This document shows, piece by piece, positions 8,543-22,468 of a stretch of 37,302 nt of DNA. Below the pieces are notes generated by a model. The model was not told the DNA's origin. It did not search any database and worked only from the letters and a program-made list of their open reading frames with translations. The position numbers were made by a program, and so were the translations under genes. Position 1 is the stretch's first letter. Every line of letters starts with the position of its first letter. The stretch is from contig DFDL01000046.1 of NCBI GenBank assembly GCA_002367715.1, forward strand, positions 5,290 to 42,591, in the 5' to 3' direction. The DNA comes from Actinobacteria bacterium UBA3028 (GTDB taxonomy: Bacteria; Actinomycetota; Actinomycetes; Nanopelagicales; Nanopelagicaceae).

Positions 8543-9452
8543 ACTTCGAGCCCTTAGTTAATCGAGCTCCCCGTGCAAAATCTGCGCCCGACATGCGTTT
8601 CTTGCCTGCTGGTAGAACTTCCATGACCTCTACAACGCTATCGCCGGTTCTTACCAACAATTTCTCTTCCACGATCTCTATCTCACCTGGCTCCGTCAGA
8701 GAATTAGGGATTAACACTTCATTTAGACCAAAGAGAGCAACACGTTCATCTACATAGTTACACCAAATGCCAGGATTATCGCAGAGCGCTCTATCCTGTC
8801 TCAATATTCGCTCTGTCGGCTCACTCCAATTAATCCGGGCCATATCCTTAGAAATCTTAGGCGCAAATGTTGCTCCGGTGAGCGGTTGCGGTGTTGCACG
8901 AGTCTTCCCAATTGTAGAGATAACTTCAAGAATATCTGGAGCCGCTAGTTCGCCGAGGCGTAATAAGAGTTCACTAGTTCGCTCGCTGCCTTCAAGTAGT
9001 ACCTCTCGCGAAAGATATACCGGCCCTGTGTCCATACCCTTATCCAACTTAAAGATTGTGTATCCAGTACTTGTTTCGCCATTCAAAATCGCCCATTGAA
9101 CCGGAGCTGCGCCACGCAATTTGGGAAGCACGGAAAAATGCAAATTTATCCAACCAAATCTAGGTCCATGCAGAAGCTCGACCGGAATTAGACGGCCATA
9201 GGCGACGGTAACAATTAACTGCGGTTGCGCTGATAAGAGGTGGCGATTTAGTTCGGATGTATCACTTGGTTTAGCAACTTCTAGACCAGCTGCTGTGGCC
9301 CAAGCTGCCAACTCATTTGCCTCAATCTTTTTTCCGCGTCCAGTTGGCTTGTCAGGATTTGTGATAATCGATCCAAGAGTATGTTCGCTCTTCAAAATCG
9401 AGTCAATCACCGGAAGTGATACTAGGGAGGAGGAAGCAACTGAGATTTGCAC
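8535..9452 (-). CDS. fmt: Methionyl-tRNA formyltransferase
   Basis: PDKP.GRG, VAYG, NLHFS.LP..RGAAP, GMDTG. The probable start is GTG 9452, directly after the def stop; the ORF track extends to 9470. Confidence 0.94.
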   Translation of the reverse strand: MQISVASSSLVSLPVIDSILKSEHTLGSIITNPDKPTGRGKKIEANELAAWATAAGLEVAKPSDTSELNRHLLSAQPQLIVTVAYGRLIPVELLHGPRFGWINLHFSVLPKLRGAAPVQWAILNGETSTGYTIFKLDKGMDTGPVYLSREVLLEGSERTSELLLRLGELAAPDILEVISTIGKTRATPQPLTGATFAPKISKDMARINWSEPTERILRQDRALCDNPGIWCNYVDERVALFGLNEVLIPNSLTEPGEIEIVEEKLLVRTGDSVVEVMEVLPAGKKRMSGADFARGARLTKGSKFE

Positions 9453-9453
9453 T

Positions 9454-10014
9454 CTATAGCGCCAAGCCATTTGTTGAGTGCGGGCTGAATTTGAAGGTAG
9501 GGGTATTTCCTAAAACACTGACTTGCCCAAACCATTCTGAGTTTCGGATATCTGCCATAGCAATCTTGCGTTCACTTGCGACCAAGCGATCGATAAATAC
9601 GATTCCATTTAGATGATCCGTCTCATGCTGCAAGACTCTAGCTAAAAGTTCGGTGCCTTCGATAGTTACTGGTTCGCCATGCATGTTAAATCCCTTAGCA
9701 ACAGCTCGAAGGGCTCGAGGCGTCTCATAAGTTAAACCAGGGAAACTGAGACAACCCTCTTCACCATCTTGCAGATCAGTTGAAAGATCAAGAGATGGAT
9801 TAATTAAGTGGCCACCACCCTCTTCAATATCCCAGACAAAAACTTGTAGTGATACCCCAATTTGTGGAGCTGCCAGTCCTGCACCAGGCGCTTCGTGCAT
9901 TGTTTCGGTTAGATCAGATACGAGATTGCGTAGCTCTCTATCGAAAACAGTTACTTGCATAGCCGGGGTTGTTAGAACCGGATCTCCAAATAGCCGTATC
10001 GCCTGAACGCTCAT
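9454..10014 (-). CDS. def: Peptide deformylase
   Basis: GAGLAAPQ, EGCLS, QHETDH motifs. Confidence 0.96.
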   Translation of the reverse strand: MSVQAIRLFGDPVLTTPAMQVTVFDRELRNLVSDLTETMHEAPGAGLAAPQIGVSLQVFVWDIEEGGGHLINPSLDLSTDLQDGEEGCLSFPGLTYETPRALRAVAKGFNMHGEPVTIEGTELLARVLQHETDHLNGIVFIDRLVASERKIAMADIRNSEWFGQVSVLGNTPTFKFSPHSTNGLAL

Positions 10015-10020
10015 GATCCA

Positions 10021-10026
10021 ATTCTA
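10021..10026 (-). promoter_or_regulatory. Putative -10 element (TAGAAT), leaderless internal promoter for def-fmt-rsmB
   Basis: TANNNT exactly 6 nt upstream of ATG 10014, in a 33-bp gap. Confidence 0.6.
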
Positions 10027-10047
10027 ATATAACGACTTGCTAATCTC

Positions 10048-11949
10048 CTAAATGGAGTACGGGTCCATTCTGATGCTCAATGCTTTTAGGCCCTTCAAGG
10101 AGCGATATCGCACAAACCCTTCGATAAATTGTGAGAATTCAAGAGTATTTGATATTTCACATCGCAAGATCAATTTTGAATCTGAAGTTTGATATTTTGT
10201 ACTCGTAGTTCTATCTACAACTGAAACTTGTGAAAAAAGTATATTACCTTCAATCGCTCTAGCGACACCTTGAATATCTGAACTTGGACCTTCTACGATA
10301 GCTATTCGATAATTAGGAGCAAGTTTGGAACTATTACGCTCCTCTAACTCCGTCTTGGCCAACGAATATGAATCCCCACGCAAGATTCCTTGTGATATTG
10401 GATGATCGGATGGCAAATCTAGATAGATTGCGCAACCTGCAATATCGCCAATGCGGTTGATGTTTTCAAATATTGATCGCCTTGCAGACTCTAAACTACG
10501 GAGATCTACTCGATTAGTTAGATTGCCAAGTGAGAGCATTACTACTGCTGCATATTCTCCCTTTGGCTCGCACCCGTAACTAGCAACAACCATCTGAGCT
10601 TGCGAACTCTCTGGCAACATATCAATTCTCGATCCACCTTTACTAAGTAGGACTTTTGTTCCTGGTACAGCCTTACCAAGCTCTTCAACGTAGCGACTAG
10701 AACCCCTTGCAATAGCCCGAATAATCTTGCCTGAGCACCACTTGCACTCCCATTGATCAAAGCTCTTATCGCAAATTGCGCAATGTGGAGCCGAAGCTTT
10801 AGTCGGTAGGTATAGCTTTCCGCCGCATTCGCATTTAGATTGGTTGCGGCAGTTCTGACAGGCGATGGCGCTCACATATCCAGTTTCTGCCATGACTACA
10901 AGTACATTTCCGAGTTTGAGGCCAGTCTTTATTGTTCCGATTTCAGATATGCGTCCATCGCTGAAGTGATATTTACTTCGGTTGATAGCTTTATTTTTGG
11001 CTCTCTCATTCAAGCTCAACCAACCTACCTCTGACAATCGAACTACTTCCAAACTTGGGCTCTGGGATACGAATTCAAGGTTCATCTGTGAGCTTCGAAG
11101 GAGTGCGACATCCCTTGTGTTCCAGCCGGGATGTCTTCGTTCATACATAGATTCATCACCATCGTTGTAGAGCAATACTGTCGAGCCGTGTGCGAGTGGT
11201 GTAAAGATTGCACTTCGAGTACCAATAATTAACCGGGGTCTCTCAAAGCGGGAGCGTAGAAAACTCTCATATCTCTCTGACTTCTCCCCCGTAGATGTCA
11301 AAATTATTGGTTCCACAATAAATCTGTGGGAAGAGAGCTGGATGAGATCGCGTTCGTCAGGGACAATGACAAGTAATTGAAGATCTAATGAATTCTTCGA
11401 GAGCAACTCATCAATTCTCTCTACCAATCCATCTTGTTCAACGATTATCGTTAATTTTCTACTGCGCAATTTATTTGGCTCTTGATTTTGTGTGATCAAA
11501 TCCCCCTGAGCATCTGGACGTTTTTCCGTGAGGTATCTAGTTTCAGCAGCAAGACTTCTACTCGGTATTGCAGATTTAATAAGATCCCAAGGCTTGCAGG
11601 CATATCTCTCACAGACCGCGCTTACAAGGGTTATGAGATCAGGGGTCAAAAGTGCTAGAGGCGTGAGGACTTTGCTAATGCTCTTAAGTTTTCCTGAAGT
11701 ATCTGAGATTGCTTTACGAGAGGTTACATATCCCATCTTTACCTCACTACCAAAGGGAACTTTTACTAGAACCCCTGGCTGGATTACATCTTCAAGCTCT
11801 AGTGGTACTAAATAATCAAAGATATCCGGAAGATGAAAGACTCCGGTATCAACACAAATTTCAGCAATCGGATCTACTTTGGTTATCGCAACGATTTTGG
11901 GTGAGCGTTGCGCTTTTAGGCGCAGTGGCTTTACCTGCGCCACTTCCAT
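10048..11949 (-). CDS. priA: Primosomal protein N' PriA, helicase-degenerate actinobacterial type
   Basis: 3'-DNA-binding domain FDYLVP…G.LVKVPFG; IIGTRSAIFTP; Cys-rich Zn region; position between metK and def; Walker A and DEEH are absent. Confidence 0.9.
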   Translation of the reverse strand: MEVAQVKPLRLKAQRSPKIVAITKVDPIAEICVDTGVFHLPDIFDYLVPLELEDVIQPGVLVKVPFGSEVKMGYVTSRKAISDTSGKLKSISKVLTPLALLTPDLITLVSAVCERYACKPWDLIKSAIPSRSLAAETRYLTEKRPDAQGDLITQNQEPNKLRSRKLTIIVEQDGLVERIDELLSKNSLDLQLLVIVPDERDLIQLSSHRFIVEPIILTSTGEKSERYESFLRSRFERPRLIIGTRSAIFTPLAHGSTVLLYNDGDESMYERRHPGWNTRDVALLRSSQMNLEFVSQSPSLEVVRLSEVGWLSLNERAKNKAINRSKYHFSDGRISEIGTIKTGLKLGNVLVVMAETGYVSAIACQNCRNQSKCECGGKLYLPTKASAPHCAICDKSFDQWECKWCSGKIIRAIARGSSRYVEELGKAVPGTKVLLSKGGSRIDMLPESSQAQMVVASYGCEPKGEYAAVVMLSLGNLTNRVDLRSLESARRSIFENINRIGDIAGCAIYLDLPSDHPISQGILRGDSYSLAKTELEERNSSKLAPNYRIAIVEGPSSDIQGVARAIEGNILFSQVSVVDRTTSTKYQTSDSKLILRCEISNTLEFSQFIEGFVRYRSLKGLKALSIRMDPYSI

Positions 11950-13143
11950 TTACTTTGCGGCAGCTTCTTTTAGTGCGGCAGCGCGATCTATACGCTCCCA
12001 TGTGAAATCTGGTAACTCCCGGCCGAAGTGTCCATATGAAGCGGTCTGCGCATAGATTGGCCGCAGTAAATTCAAATCTCGAATTATTGCCGCTGGTCGA
12101 AGGTCAAATACCACACCGACGGCGCTAACAATTTTTTCGACCGCTACCGTATTTGTCCCAAAGGTCTCAATGAAGAGTCCAACTGGTTGCGCCTTACCAA
12201 TTGCATAAGCAACTTGCACCTCACATCGCTTGGCCAACCCTGCGGCAACTACATTCTTGGCAATCCACCGCATTGCATAAGCCGCGCTGCGATCAACTTT
12301 TGATGGATCTTTTCCGGAGAAGGCGCCGCCGCCATGGCGAGCCATACCGCCATAGGTGTCAACGATAATTTTTCGACCAGTAAGCCCCGCATCACCCATT
12401 GGCCCACCAATTACAAATCGCCCAGTTGGGTTGATCAGAATTTGCAATTCTGAGGTATCTAGATCAATACCCGAAATTATTGGGTCGATTACTAACCGTT
12501 TAACATCAGGAGCTAACTGCTTCTCTAAATCTACATCCGGGCTATGTTGCGTGGAGATAACGATCGTGTTTAGCGCAACTGGCTTATCGCCGTCGTATTC
12601 AATAGTCACTTGAGTCTTGCCATCTGGACGTAGGTAAGTTACTTCACCACTTTTGCGAACATTTGATAGCTGCATAGATAATTTATGTGCCAATGAAATA
12701 GGAAGTGGCATTAGCTCTGCAGTATCATCACATGCATAACCAAACATCAAACCTTGATCGCCAGCGCCCTGGAGATCTAATGGATCTATGGAAGCACTCA
12801 CGCGCTTCTCAAATGCCCAATCCACACCTTGAGCTATGTCACTTGATTGTTGCCCAATAGAGAGTGAGACTCCGCAAGAATTTCCGTCAAAGCCCTTTTC
12901 GGATGAGTCATATCCAATCGCCAGAACAGTATCGCGCACGATATTCATAACATCTGCGTAACCATCTGTAGTAACTTCACCGGCGACGTGAACCTGTCCG
13001 GTAGTTATAAGTGTTTCCACTGCGACTCTACTCTTAGGATCCTGCGATAATAATGAATCCAAGATTGCATCTGAAATTTGATCTGCCATCTTATCTGGAT
13101 GGCCTTCAGTTACAGATTCTGAGGTGAATAAGCGTTTAGTCAT
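11950..13143 (-). CDS. metK: S-adenosylmethionine synthetase
   Basis: [42 protein letters not shown]. Confidence 0.98.
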   Translation of the reverse strand: MTKRLFTSESVTEGHPDKMADQISDAILDSLLSQDPKSRVAVETLITTGQVHVAGEVTTDGYADVMNIVRDTVLAIGYDSSEKGFDGNSCGVSLSIGQQSSDIAQGVDWAFEKRVSASIDPLDLQGAGDQGLMFGYACDDTAELMPLPISLAHKLSMQLSNVRKSGEVTYLRPDGKTQVTIEYDGDKPVALNTIVISTQHSPDVDLEKQLAPDVKRLVIDPIISGIDLDTSELQILINPTGRFVIGGPMGDAGLTGRKIIVDTYGGMARHGGGAFSGKDPSKVDRSAAYAMRWIAKNVVAAGLAKRCEVQVAYAIGKAQPVGLFIETFGTNTVAVEKIVSAVGVVFDLRPAAIIRDLNLLRPIYAQTASYGHFGRELPDFTWERIDRAAALKEAAAK

Positions 13144-13147
13144 TGGG

Positions 13148-14347
13148 TTACCCTAACTTAATTAAACTTCTATCGAGCAATAAATCCGCTAGCGTGTCTT
13201 TGCTCTGCCTTGAAACGCGAACCACTGATTTATCAATTTCAAGAATATAACCGCAAGTCTCATCGCTTCCAAATATCGCCCCGCCACTAACATCATTTAG
13301 GTAGAGAACTTGTACGCCTTTAGCCACGAGTTTCGTATTCGCAGCAGCAAGATCTTCTACTCCAGTCTCGGCGGCGAAGGCTACTAAGACTTGATCCACT
13401 CTCCGTCTTGCGCCTAATTCAGCAAGCAAATCAGAGTTCCTCTCTAGGGAAATATTGGAAAATTCTTTTTTCTTGATCTTCTCTGTAGCTAATTTGACTG
13501 GCTTAGCATCCGCAACAGCAGCGGCCATCAGAAGAATCTCGCAGCTATCAAATTCGATATCTAGCGCGCTCTCCAACTCTTGTGTAGATGAGACCTCAAT
13601 TATCTTGACCCCTTGCAACTCTGAGAGAAGAGCTTTAGAGATATTCGCAGCTATGAGAATAACCTCTGCGCCGCGATTTCGGGCAGCTTTAGCGATTGCA
13701 ATACCCTGCTTGCCACTTGAATTGTTGCCGATGTAACGAACAGGATCTATCGCCTCGCGAGTACCACCTGCGGTTACTAACACCTTGCGACCACGCAGAT
13801 CCGAATTAATTTCAGCGAATTTCGATATCTCTGAAATCAGCCTAGAGATGTCTGGATAGCGTCCAACTCCATAGTCATCACCAGTCATACGCCCTTCATC
13901 AGGTTCGATTACCAGATGGCCCCGCTCACGTAAAATGGAAACATTGGCCTGAGTTGCAGCGTTAAGCCACATTTGGGTGTGCATTGCAGGTATCAACACT
14001 ATAGGCGCACTACTTGCGCTAATGACGCTAGTTAATAAATCATCACACTGACCATTTGCGAGCTTTGCTAGAAGGTCAGCTGTAGTAGGGGCAACAACAA
14101 CAAGATCTGCGCGATCTGCCAATTTTATATGGGGGACGTCGTGAACATTGCTCCATAAATTCGTCGCAACTGAATTTCCTGATAACGCCTCCCAGGTGGC
14201 CGCACCTACAAAATTTAAACTCGCAACAGTAGGAATTACTTGAATCGAGAACCCAATATCTTGAAGCCTGCGCAATAACTCAGCAGACTTATATGCAGAA
14301 ATACCACCGCCGACGCCAAGAATTAAATTTCTACCCTGCAGCGTCAT
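13148..14347 (-). CDS. coaBC: Bifunctional phosphopantothenoylcysteine decarboxylase/synthetase
   Basis: [46 protein letters not shown]. Confidence 0.95.
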   Translation of the reverse strand: MTLQGRNLILGVGGGISAYKSAELLRRLQDIGFSIQVIPTVASLNFVGAATWEALSGNSVATNLWSNVHDVPHIKLADRADLVVVAPTTADLLAKLANGQCDDLLTSVISASSAPIVLIPAMHTQMWLNAATQANVSILRERGHLVIEPDEGRMTGDDYGVGRYPDISRLISEISKFAEINSDLRGRKVLVTAGGTREAIDPVRYIGNNSSGKQGIAIAKAARNRGAEVILIAANISKALLSELQGVKIIEVSSTQELESALDIEFDSCEILLMAAAVADAKPVKLATEKIKKKEFSNISLERNSDLLAELGARRRVDQVLVAFAAETGVEDLAAANTKLVAKGVQVLYLNDVSGGAIFGSDETCGYILEIDKSVVRVSRQSKDTLADLLLDRSLIKLG

Positions 14348-14392
14348 CTCTTTACTATCGCTTTATATCTGGAGAATTAAGGGCTGCAACTA

Positions 14393-14668
14393 CTACTTAA
14401 CAGTTGCTTCTGGGGCAACTGGCTCTAAGTTTTCGATGGTCAGCAAGCCTTCACTAATCTCACGCAGTGCGATTGATAGTGGCTTTTCGTGAACATAGGT
14501 GTCAACTAGTGGCCCAACATATTCGAGAAGACCCTCACCTAATTGAGAGTAGTAAGCATTAATCTGGCGTGCACGCTTCGCTGCATAGAGAACCAGGCTG
14601 TACTTTGAACCTGCTGCATCTAGTAGCTGATCGATTGGTGGGTTTGTAATGCCATCCATGCTTGTCAT
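14393..14668 (-). CDS. rpoZ: RNA polymerase omega subunit
   Basis: [10 protein letters not shown]…[14 protein letters not shown]…[10 protein letters not shown] (actinobacterial form). Confidence 0.97.
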   Translation of the reverse strand: MTSMDGITNPPIDQLLDAAGSKYSLVLYAAKRARQINAYYSQLGEGLLEYVGPLVDTYVHEKPLSIALREISEGLLTIENLEPVAPEATVK

Positions 14669-15555
14669 AACGGGCCTTTCCTAGTGGAAGTGGCCAAGGA
14701 TAGCAGTGCGAGGGCTACTTCTTCGACTCGGTGATTTATGAGGACTTCATCAAACTCGCTCGCGCATGCCATCTCTTCTTGGGCCAGTGCTAGTCGAGCT
14801 GCTCTGCGTTCCGGTGAGTCTGTACCTCGAATGGTGAGCCTGGAGACTAGCTCTTCCCACGAAGGTGGTGAGATAAATACCAATAGCGCCTGACCATCTC
14901 GCTTTCGTACCTGTCTTGCCCCAGCAATATCAATCTCCAAGAGCACATGTTTTCCTAAATTACGTCGCTCTTCTACTGGAACTCTGGGTGTTCCATATCT
15001 CGACCCAGCAAACTCGGCCCACTCTAGGAATTGATCTTCCTTAATCATTGCATCGAACTCTTGATCGCCTATGAAATGATAATCGTGACCATCGCGTTCA
15101 TTTTCACGAGGCTGCCTTGTCGTCATCGAAATACTTAACCAAACTTGTGGATGGCTACGTAGATGGGCGGTAATCGTACTTTTGCCAACGCCACCCGGCC
15201 CAGAGATAACAATCAATTTACCTCTTTGGCTCTCTACCTTATTCAAAATCATCTCACTTCTTAACTTTGTAATCTGGTGTATTCCGAGTCCCCCAATTCT
15301 ACGGGTCGGTGAGATTCCCGCCTTAGCCATAATAAGAAATGCTCGCCTCTGACCTATACCTGGAGTTGCATCAAGGAGTTGGGCAACTCGCATTCTGCGA
15401 ATTGAACTCCGTGGGTCATTTAAGACATCGAAAAAACTAAGCTCTGACCTGACAACAGCCTCTTTCACCTCACTACGCTCTCGCCTAGCCGATATCGCAA
15501 GAGCTCCTGACCTGGCAAGCTCATCTTTACTGCGTCTAGGTGGCCGATTCTCCAT
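14665..15555 (-). CDS. gmk: Fusion protein: actinobacterial integration host factor (mIHF/sIHF, about aa 1-102) + guanylate kinase (about aa 112-296)
   Basis: The N-terminus ARRER.EVK…MRV..LL...PGIG..RA..IM...GIS..RR..GLG..Q matches sIHF. The C-terminus has P-loop [32 protein letters not shown] and F..PPS. No stop codon separates the domains. Confidence 0.92.
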   Translation of the reverse strand: MENRPPRRSKDELARSGALAISARRERSEVKEAVVRSELSFFDVLNDPRSSIRRMRVAQLLDATPGIGQRRAFLIMAKAGISPTRRIGGLGIHQITKLRSEMILNKVESQRGKLIVISGPGGVGKSTITAHLRSHPQVWLSISMTTRQPRENERDGHDYHFIGDQEFDAMIKEDQFLEWAEFAGSRYGTPRVPVEERRNLGKHVLLEIDIAGARQVRKRDGQALLVFISPPSWEELVSRLTIRGTDSPERRAARLALAQEEMACASEFDEVLINHRVEEVALALLSLATSTRKGPL

Positions 15556-15567
15556 AATTATTTGCGC

Positions 15568-16284
15568 CTAATTAATGCTCGATAAAATCTTCGCTGCGCC
15601 CTCTCGCATCGCATCTAACGAGACCTTAGATAGATCGGTAATTGGGCGTCCAATCACTAGATAATTAGCTCCAGTTGCAATCGCCTGCGCCGGTGTCATT
15701 ACTCGCTTCTGATCACCTAGTTTACTACCCTCTGGTCTTACTCCGGGTGTAATAATCGAAATCTCCTTACCAACTGCGCTACGAATCTCACTAGCTTCAA
15801 ACGGTGAGCAGACAATAGATTTGGCGCCTGAATCGATAGCTAATTTTGCGAGGTCAAGCGCACTCTCTAGCGCGCCTCCGCGATAACCTATCTTAACCAA
15901 TTCCGAATCACTGAGCGAAGTCAGAATAGTTACCGCAGTTATCGAAATATTTGGATCCACTTGACTTGCTGCTGCGATCATCTCCGAGCCACCACTGGCA
16001 TGAACAGTAAGGAATTTTGGAGCCAAATCAGCCACACCTTTAACAGCCCCGGCAACGGTATTTGGAATGTCATGCAATTTGAGATCTAAAAAGAGTTCAA
16101 ATTCACCACAATCTCTAAGCTCCAATAAACCTATACGACCGAATTTCAGGAAAAATTCAAGTCCAACCTTGTAAATCTTTACCGAAGTATTGGTCGCCTC
16201 GATCCAACCTTTCGCCGTATCCAAATCCTTTGTATCTAGTGCCAGAATTATCGGTGATGCGCTCAACTTTGCTGCACTCTTCAT
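15568..16284 (-). CDS. pyrF: Orotidine-5'-phosphate decarboxylase
   Basis: KVG, DLKLHDIPNT, VTILTS, TPGVR, DQKR, VIGRPI. Confidence 0.97.
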   Translation of the reverse strand: MKSAAKLSASPIILALDTKDLDTAKGWIEATNTSVKIYKVGLEFFLKFGRIGLLELRDCGEFELFLDLKLHDIPNTVAGAVKGVADLAPKFLTVHASGGSEMIAAASQVDPNISITAVTILTSLSDSELVKIGYRGGALESALDLAKLAIDSGAKSIVCSPFEASEIRSAVGKEISIITPGVRPEGSKLGDQKRVMTPAQAIATGANYLVIGRPITDLSKVSLDAMREGAAKILSSIN

Positions 16285-17219
16285 CGCAACCCTCCATCGC
16301 TACGGTGGGCGTAGCCAATAGCTTCGTGCAATGAATCAAAGCCATGAGAGACCAATTCATCCTGCAGCTCTCTCTTGATTCTCATCGCAGCAGATGGATC
16401 ACCAAAGGTTGCAGTGCCTATTGAAACCGCACTGGCACCAGCAAGAATTAACTCGAAGGCATCGCGACCACTTGCCACGCCACCCATTCCTAAAATATTT
16501 ACATTTGGCATCGCCTCACGCACCTGATAAATGGCCCGCACAGCAATCGGTCGTATAGCAGGACCAGATAATCCGCCAGTTTTTCCAGCTAATTTGGGGC
16601 GCATCGAGTTGGTATCTATAACCATCCCAAGAACCGTATTTATTAACGCAAGGGCATCTGCTCCAGCTGAAACTACCTCAGTTGCGATATCGACAATGCT
16701 CGTTACATCTGGTGTTAACTTTGCAATTATTGGTAGTTCGCCACCAATGTTCCTGCGAACCGCTTCAATAGCTGCTCTGGCAGTTGTGGGATGGCAGGCA
16801 AAAACTTGACCACGATTCTCCACATTTGGACAGGAGATGTTCACTTCAAGCGCGCTGATTCCGGGTACCGAACGTAGCTTTCTTGCTAAAACTGCATAAT
16901 CCTCTACGCTTTCACCCGCGATAGAGACAACGATATTCGCGCCTTGTTCGCGTAGCCAAGGAATATCTTTTTCAAGGAAGAGATCAATTCCTGGTCCCTG
17001 GAGTCCAATTGAATTTAACATTCCACTGGGAGTCTCTGCCATGCGTGGTGTTGCGCGCCCAGACCGCGCCTTCAACATAATCGATTTAGTCACTATCGCG
17101 CCAAGCTCCGTTAAGTTAAAAAATTGCGCAAGCTCTCTTCCAGATCCTGCGCATCCACTAGCTGTGAAGATTGGATTCGCAAAATTAACTTGACCAATGC
17201 TTGTCTGGAAATTGAACAT
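16281..17219 (-). CDS. pyrD: Dihydroorotate dehydrogenase family 1B (NAD+-dependent), catalytic subunit
   Basis: ASG, TKS, MLNSIGLQGPG, catalytic EVNISCPN, KLTP, LINT, GGLSG; ATG 17219 overlaps the pyrK stop (TAATG). Confidence 0.94.
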   Translation of the reverse strand: MFNFQTSIGQVNFANPIFTASGCAGSGRELAQFFNLTELGAIVTKSIMLKARSGRATPRMAETPSGMLNSIGLQGPGIDLFLEKDIPWLREQGANIVVSIAGESVEDYAVLARKLRSVPGISALEVNISCPNVENRGQVFACHPTTARAAIEAVRRNIGGELPIIAKLTPDVTSIVDIATEVVSAGADALALINTVLGMVIDTNSMRPKLAGKTGGLSGPAIRPIAVRAIYQVREAMPNVNILGMGGVASGRDAFELILAGASAVSIGTATFGDPSAAMRIKRELQDELVSHGFDSLHEAIGYAHRSDGGLR

Positions 17220-18072
17220 TAATTTGTACCCCAAGTTCCTTCAGGGATTGTTCGTTTAGCTTCCCAGATAACACTATCTCCATCAACTACCGGACCATCT
17301 ATACAAGAGCGAAGCATTCTTATCTGACCATCACTCCCCTTGATCGGAAGCACGCAGGTCATGCAGACTCCGACGCCACACGCCATTGCCTCTTCCACGG
17401 CACATTGATGCATGATCCCAAGCTCACTTGCTACTTTGTTGATCGCCTCTAACATTCCCATTGGCCCACACGAATAAATAATGTCGATCTGGTTTGTTTC
17501 GATAATTTCAGCTAGCACATCGGTAACTTTTCCAGTCAGCCCTGTCGAACCATCCTCGGTGGTAATCGTTAGGCTGCTCACTGATCGTTTGCCATCTAGT
17601 GGTGCATAAATTTTCATCGCGGTACTTGCACCGAGAACCATATCCACTCGACAGCCTCTATTTTTTAATACCTCTGAGAGTCCAAATAACGGAGCACTTC
17701 CATAGCCACCACCTACTAATAGCGCGCGAACCGGCTCTGTTGGAATGCCGAATGAGGTCCCCAGCGGTGCGATCAAATCAACCTTTACCCCAGGCATCTG
17801 AGCAGTGAGCCAGGTACTTCCACTTCCATGTGGTGCAACCACTATCTCAAGTGCGCCGCCAGTAGCTCCGCGATCAATAGTTCTATAGATTGCAAACGCT
17901 CTCCGCAAGACCATTGAACTATTTTCGCCACCGACCGAAATGGCTACAAAATTTCCGGGCTTGACATGGCTTGCAATATCACCAACAGCAAAGACGATGT
18001 GGTGATAGGCGCCTACTTTCTTGTTACTTATAATTTCAGCAGCAATCTGTTGGGCATTCTTATTTATGGTGC

Positions 18073-18076
<4 letters not shown>
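17219..18076 (-). CDS. pyrK: Dihydroorotate dehydrogenase electron-transfer subunit
   Basis: LRR.F, GGGYG, CGP..M, [2Fe-2S] motif [14 protein letters not shown]…CIDGPV; ATG 18076 overlaps the carB stop (ATGA). Confidence 0.93.
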
Positions 18077-21346
<3,270 letters not shown>

Positions 21347-21354
<8 letters not shown>

Positions 21355-22468
21355 TGCTCACCTGTGATCTCTCCATGAGATTTACAAATTGATCAAATAG
21401 ATAACTCGCATCATGTGGCCCTGCAGCAGCCTCTGGGTGATACTGGACGCTAAATACTGGAGTCTCCAATAACTCAAGGCCCTCTACTACGCCATCATTT
21501 AGACAGATATGACTCACAAATCCCGAACCATAAATGGTATTAAAATCACCTTCAACCGGAGCCGCTACTGCGAATCCATGATTGTGCGCCGTTATCTCTA
21601 CTGCCCCACTCCGTAAATTCTTGACTGGTTGATTAATTCCTCGATGTCCAAAGGGTAATTTAAAAGTATCAAAGCCAAGTGCCCGACCAATTATCTGGTG
21701 TCCGAAGCAGATCCCAAAGAGTGGAATCTTTGCGGAGAGAATTTCACGCACCAGCGCAATCATCTCCACCATAGTGGCGGGATCACCAGGTCCATTTGAG
21801 AGAAAAATGCCATCTGGATTGAGCGCAAGAATATCCTTCATAGTTGAGCGAGATGGGATTACATGTACTTCAATTCCACGCTGTGACATTGATCTAGGAG
21901 TTGCGCCCTTAATTCCCATATCCAGAGCGACTACCTTGAACTTGCGCTCTCCTATCGCAGGAACAACATATTGATTCTGTGTTGAAACATCATCGGCGAG
22001 AAAAGCACCAGACATCTGCGGTGATTTGCGAACCTTTATAACCATCTCATCACGTTTCAGTAATGTATCTGAAAAAATTCCAACGCGCATCGAGCCCAAA
22101 TTGCGCAGATGTCTAGTAATTGCTCTGGTATCGACTCCCTTAATACCAACAATATTCTGTGCAATTAAATCATCCTCAAGGCTACGTGTTGCCCGCCAAT
22201 TGCTTACGACCGGCGAAGGATTTCGAACTACAAAACCGCTCACCCAGATCTTAGAAGATTCTTCATCCTCAGGATTCATACCGGTATTGCCAATATGTGG
22301 AGCTGTCATAATAACAATCTGCTTATGATAACTCGGATCAGTTAACGTCTCTTGATACCCGGTCATTCCTGTCTGAAATACCGCTTCCCCAAATGTTTCA
22401 CCGACCGCAGCCCAGCTCTCGCCCTCAAAGACAGTTCCATCATCTAGAACTAGAAAGGCTCTGCTCAA
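21347..22468 (-). CDS. carA: Carbamoyl-phosphate synthase small subunit
   Basis: TGYQE.LTDPSY, SNGPGDP, GICFGHQ, QYHPE. Confidence 0.97.

Noticed and set aside
9453-9470. Extended N-termini in the ORF track for fmt (also rpe 7150, pyrD 17234, pyrK 18094)
   Set aside because: Downstream starts fit homolog length, SD position or stop/start coupling better.
13144-13147. SAM riboswitch before metK
   Set aside because: Only 4 bp separate coaBC and metK.
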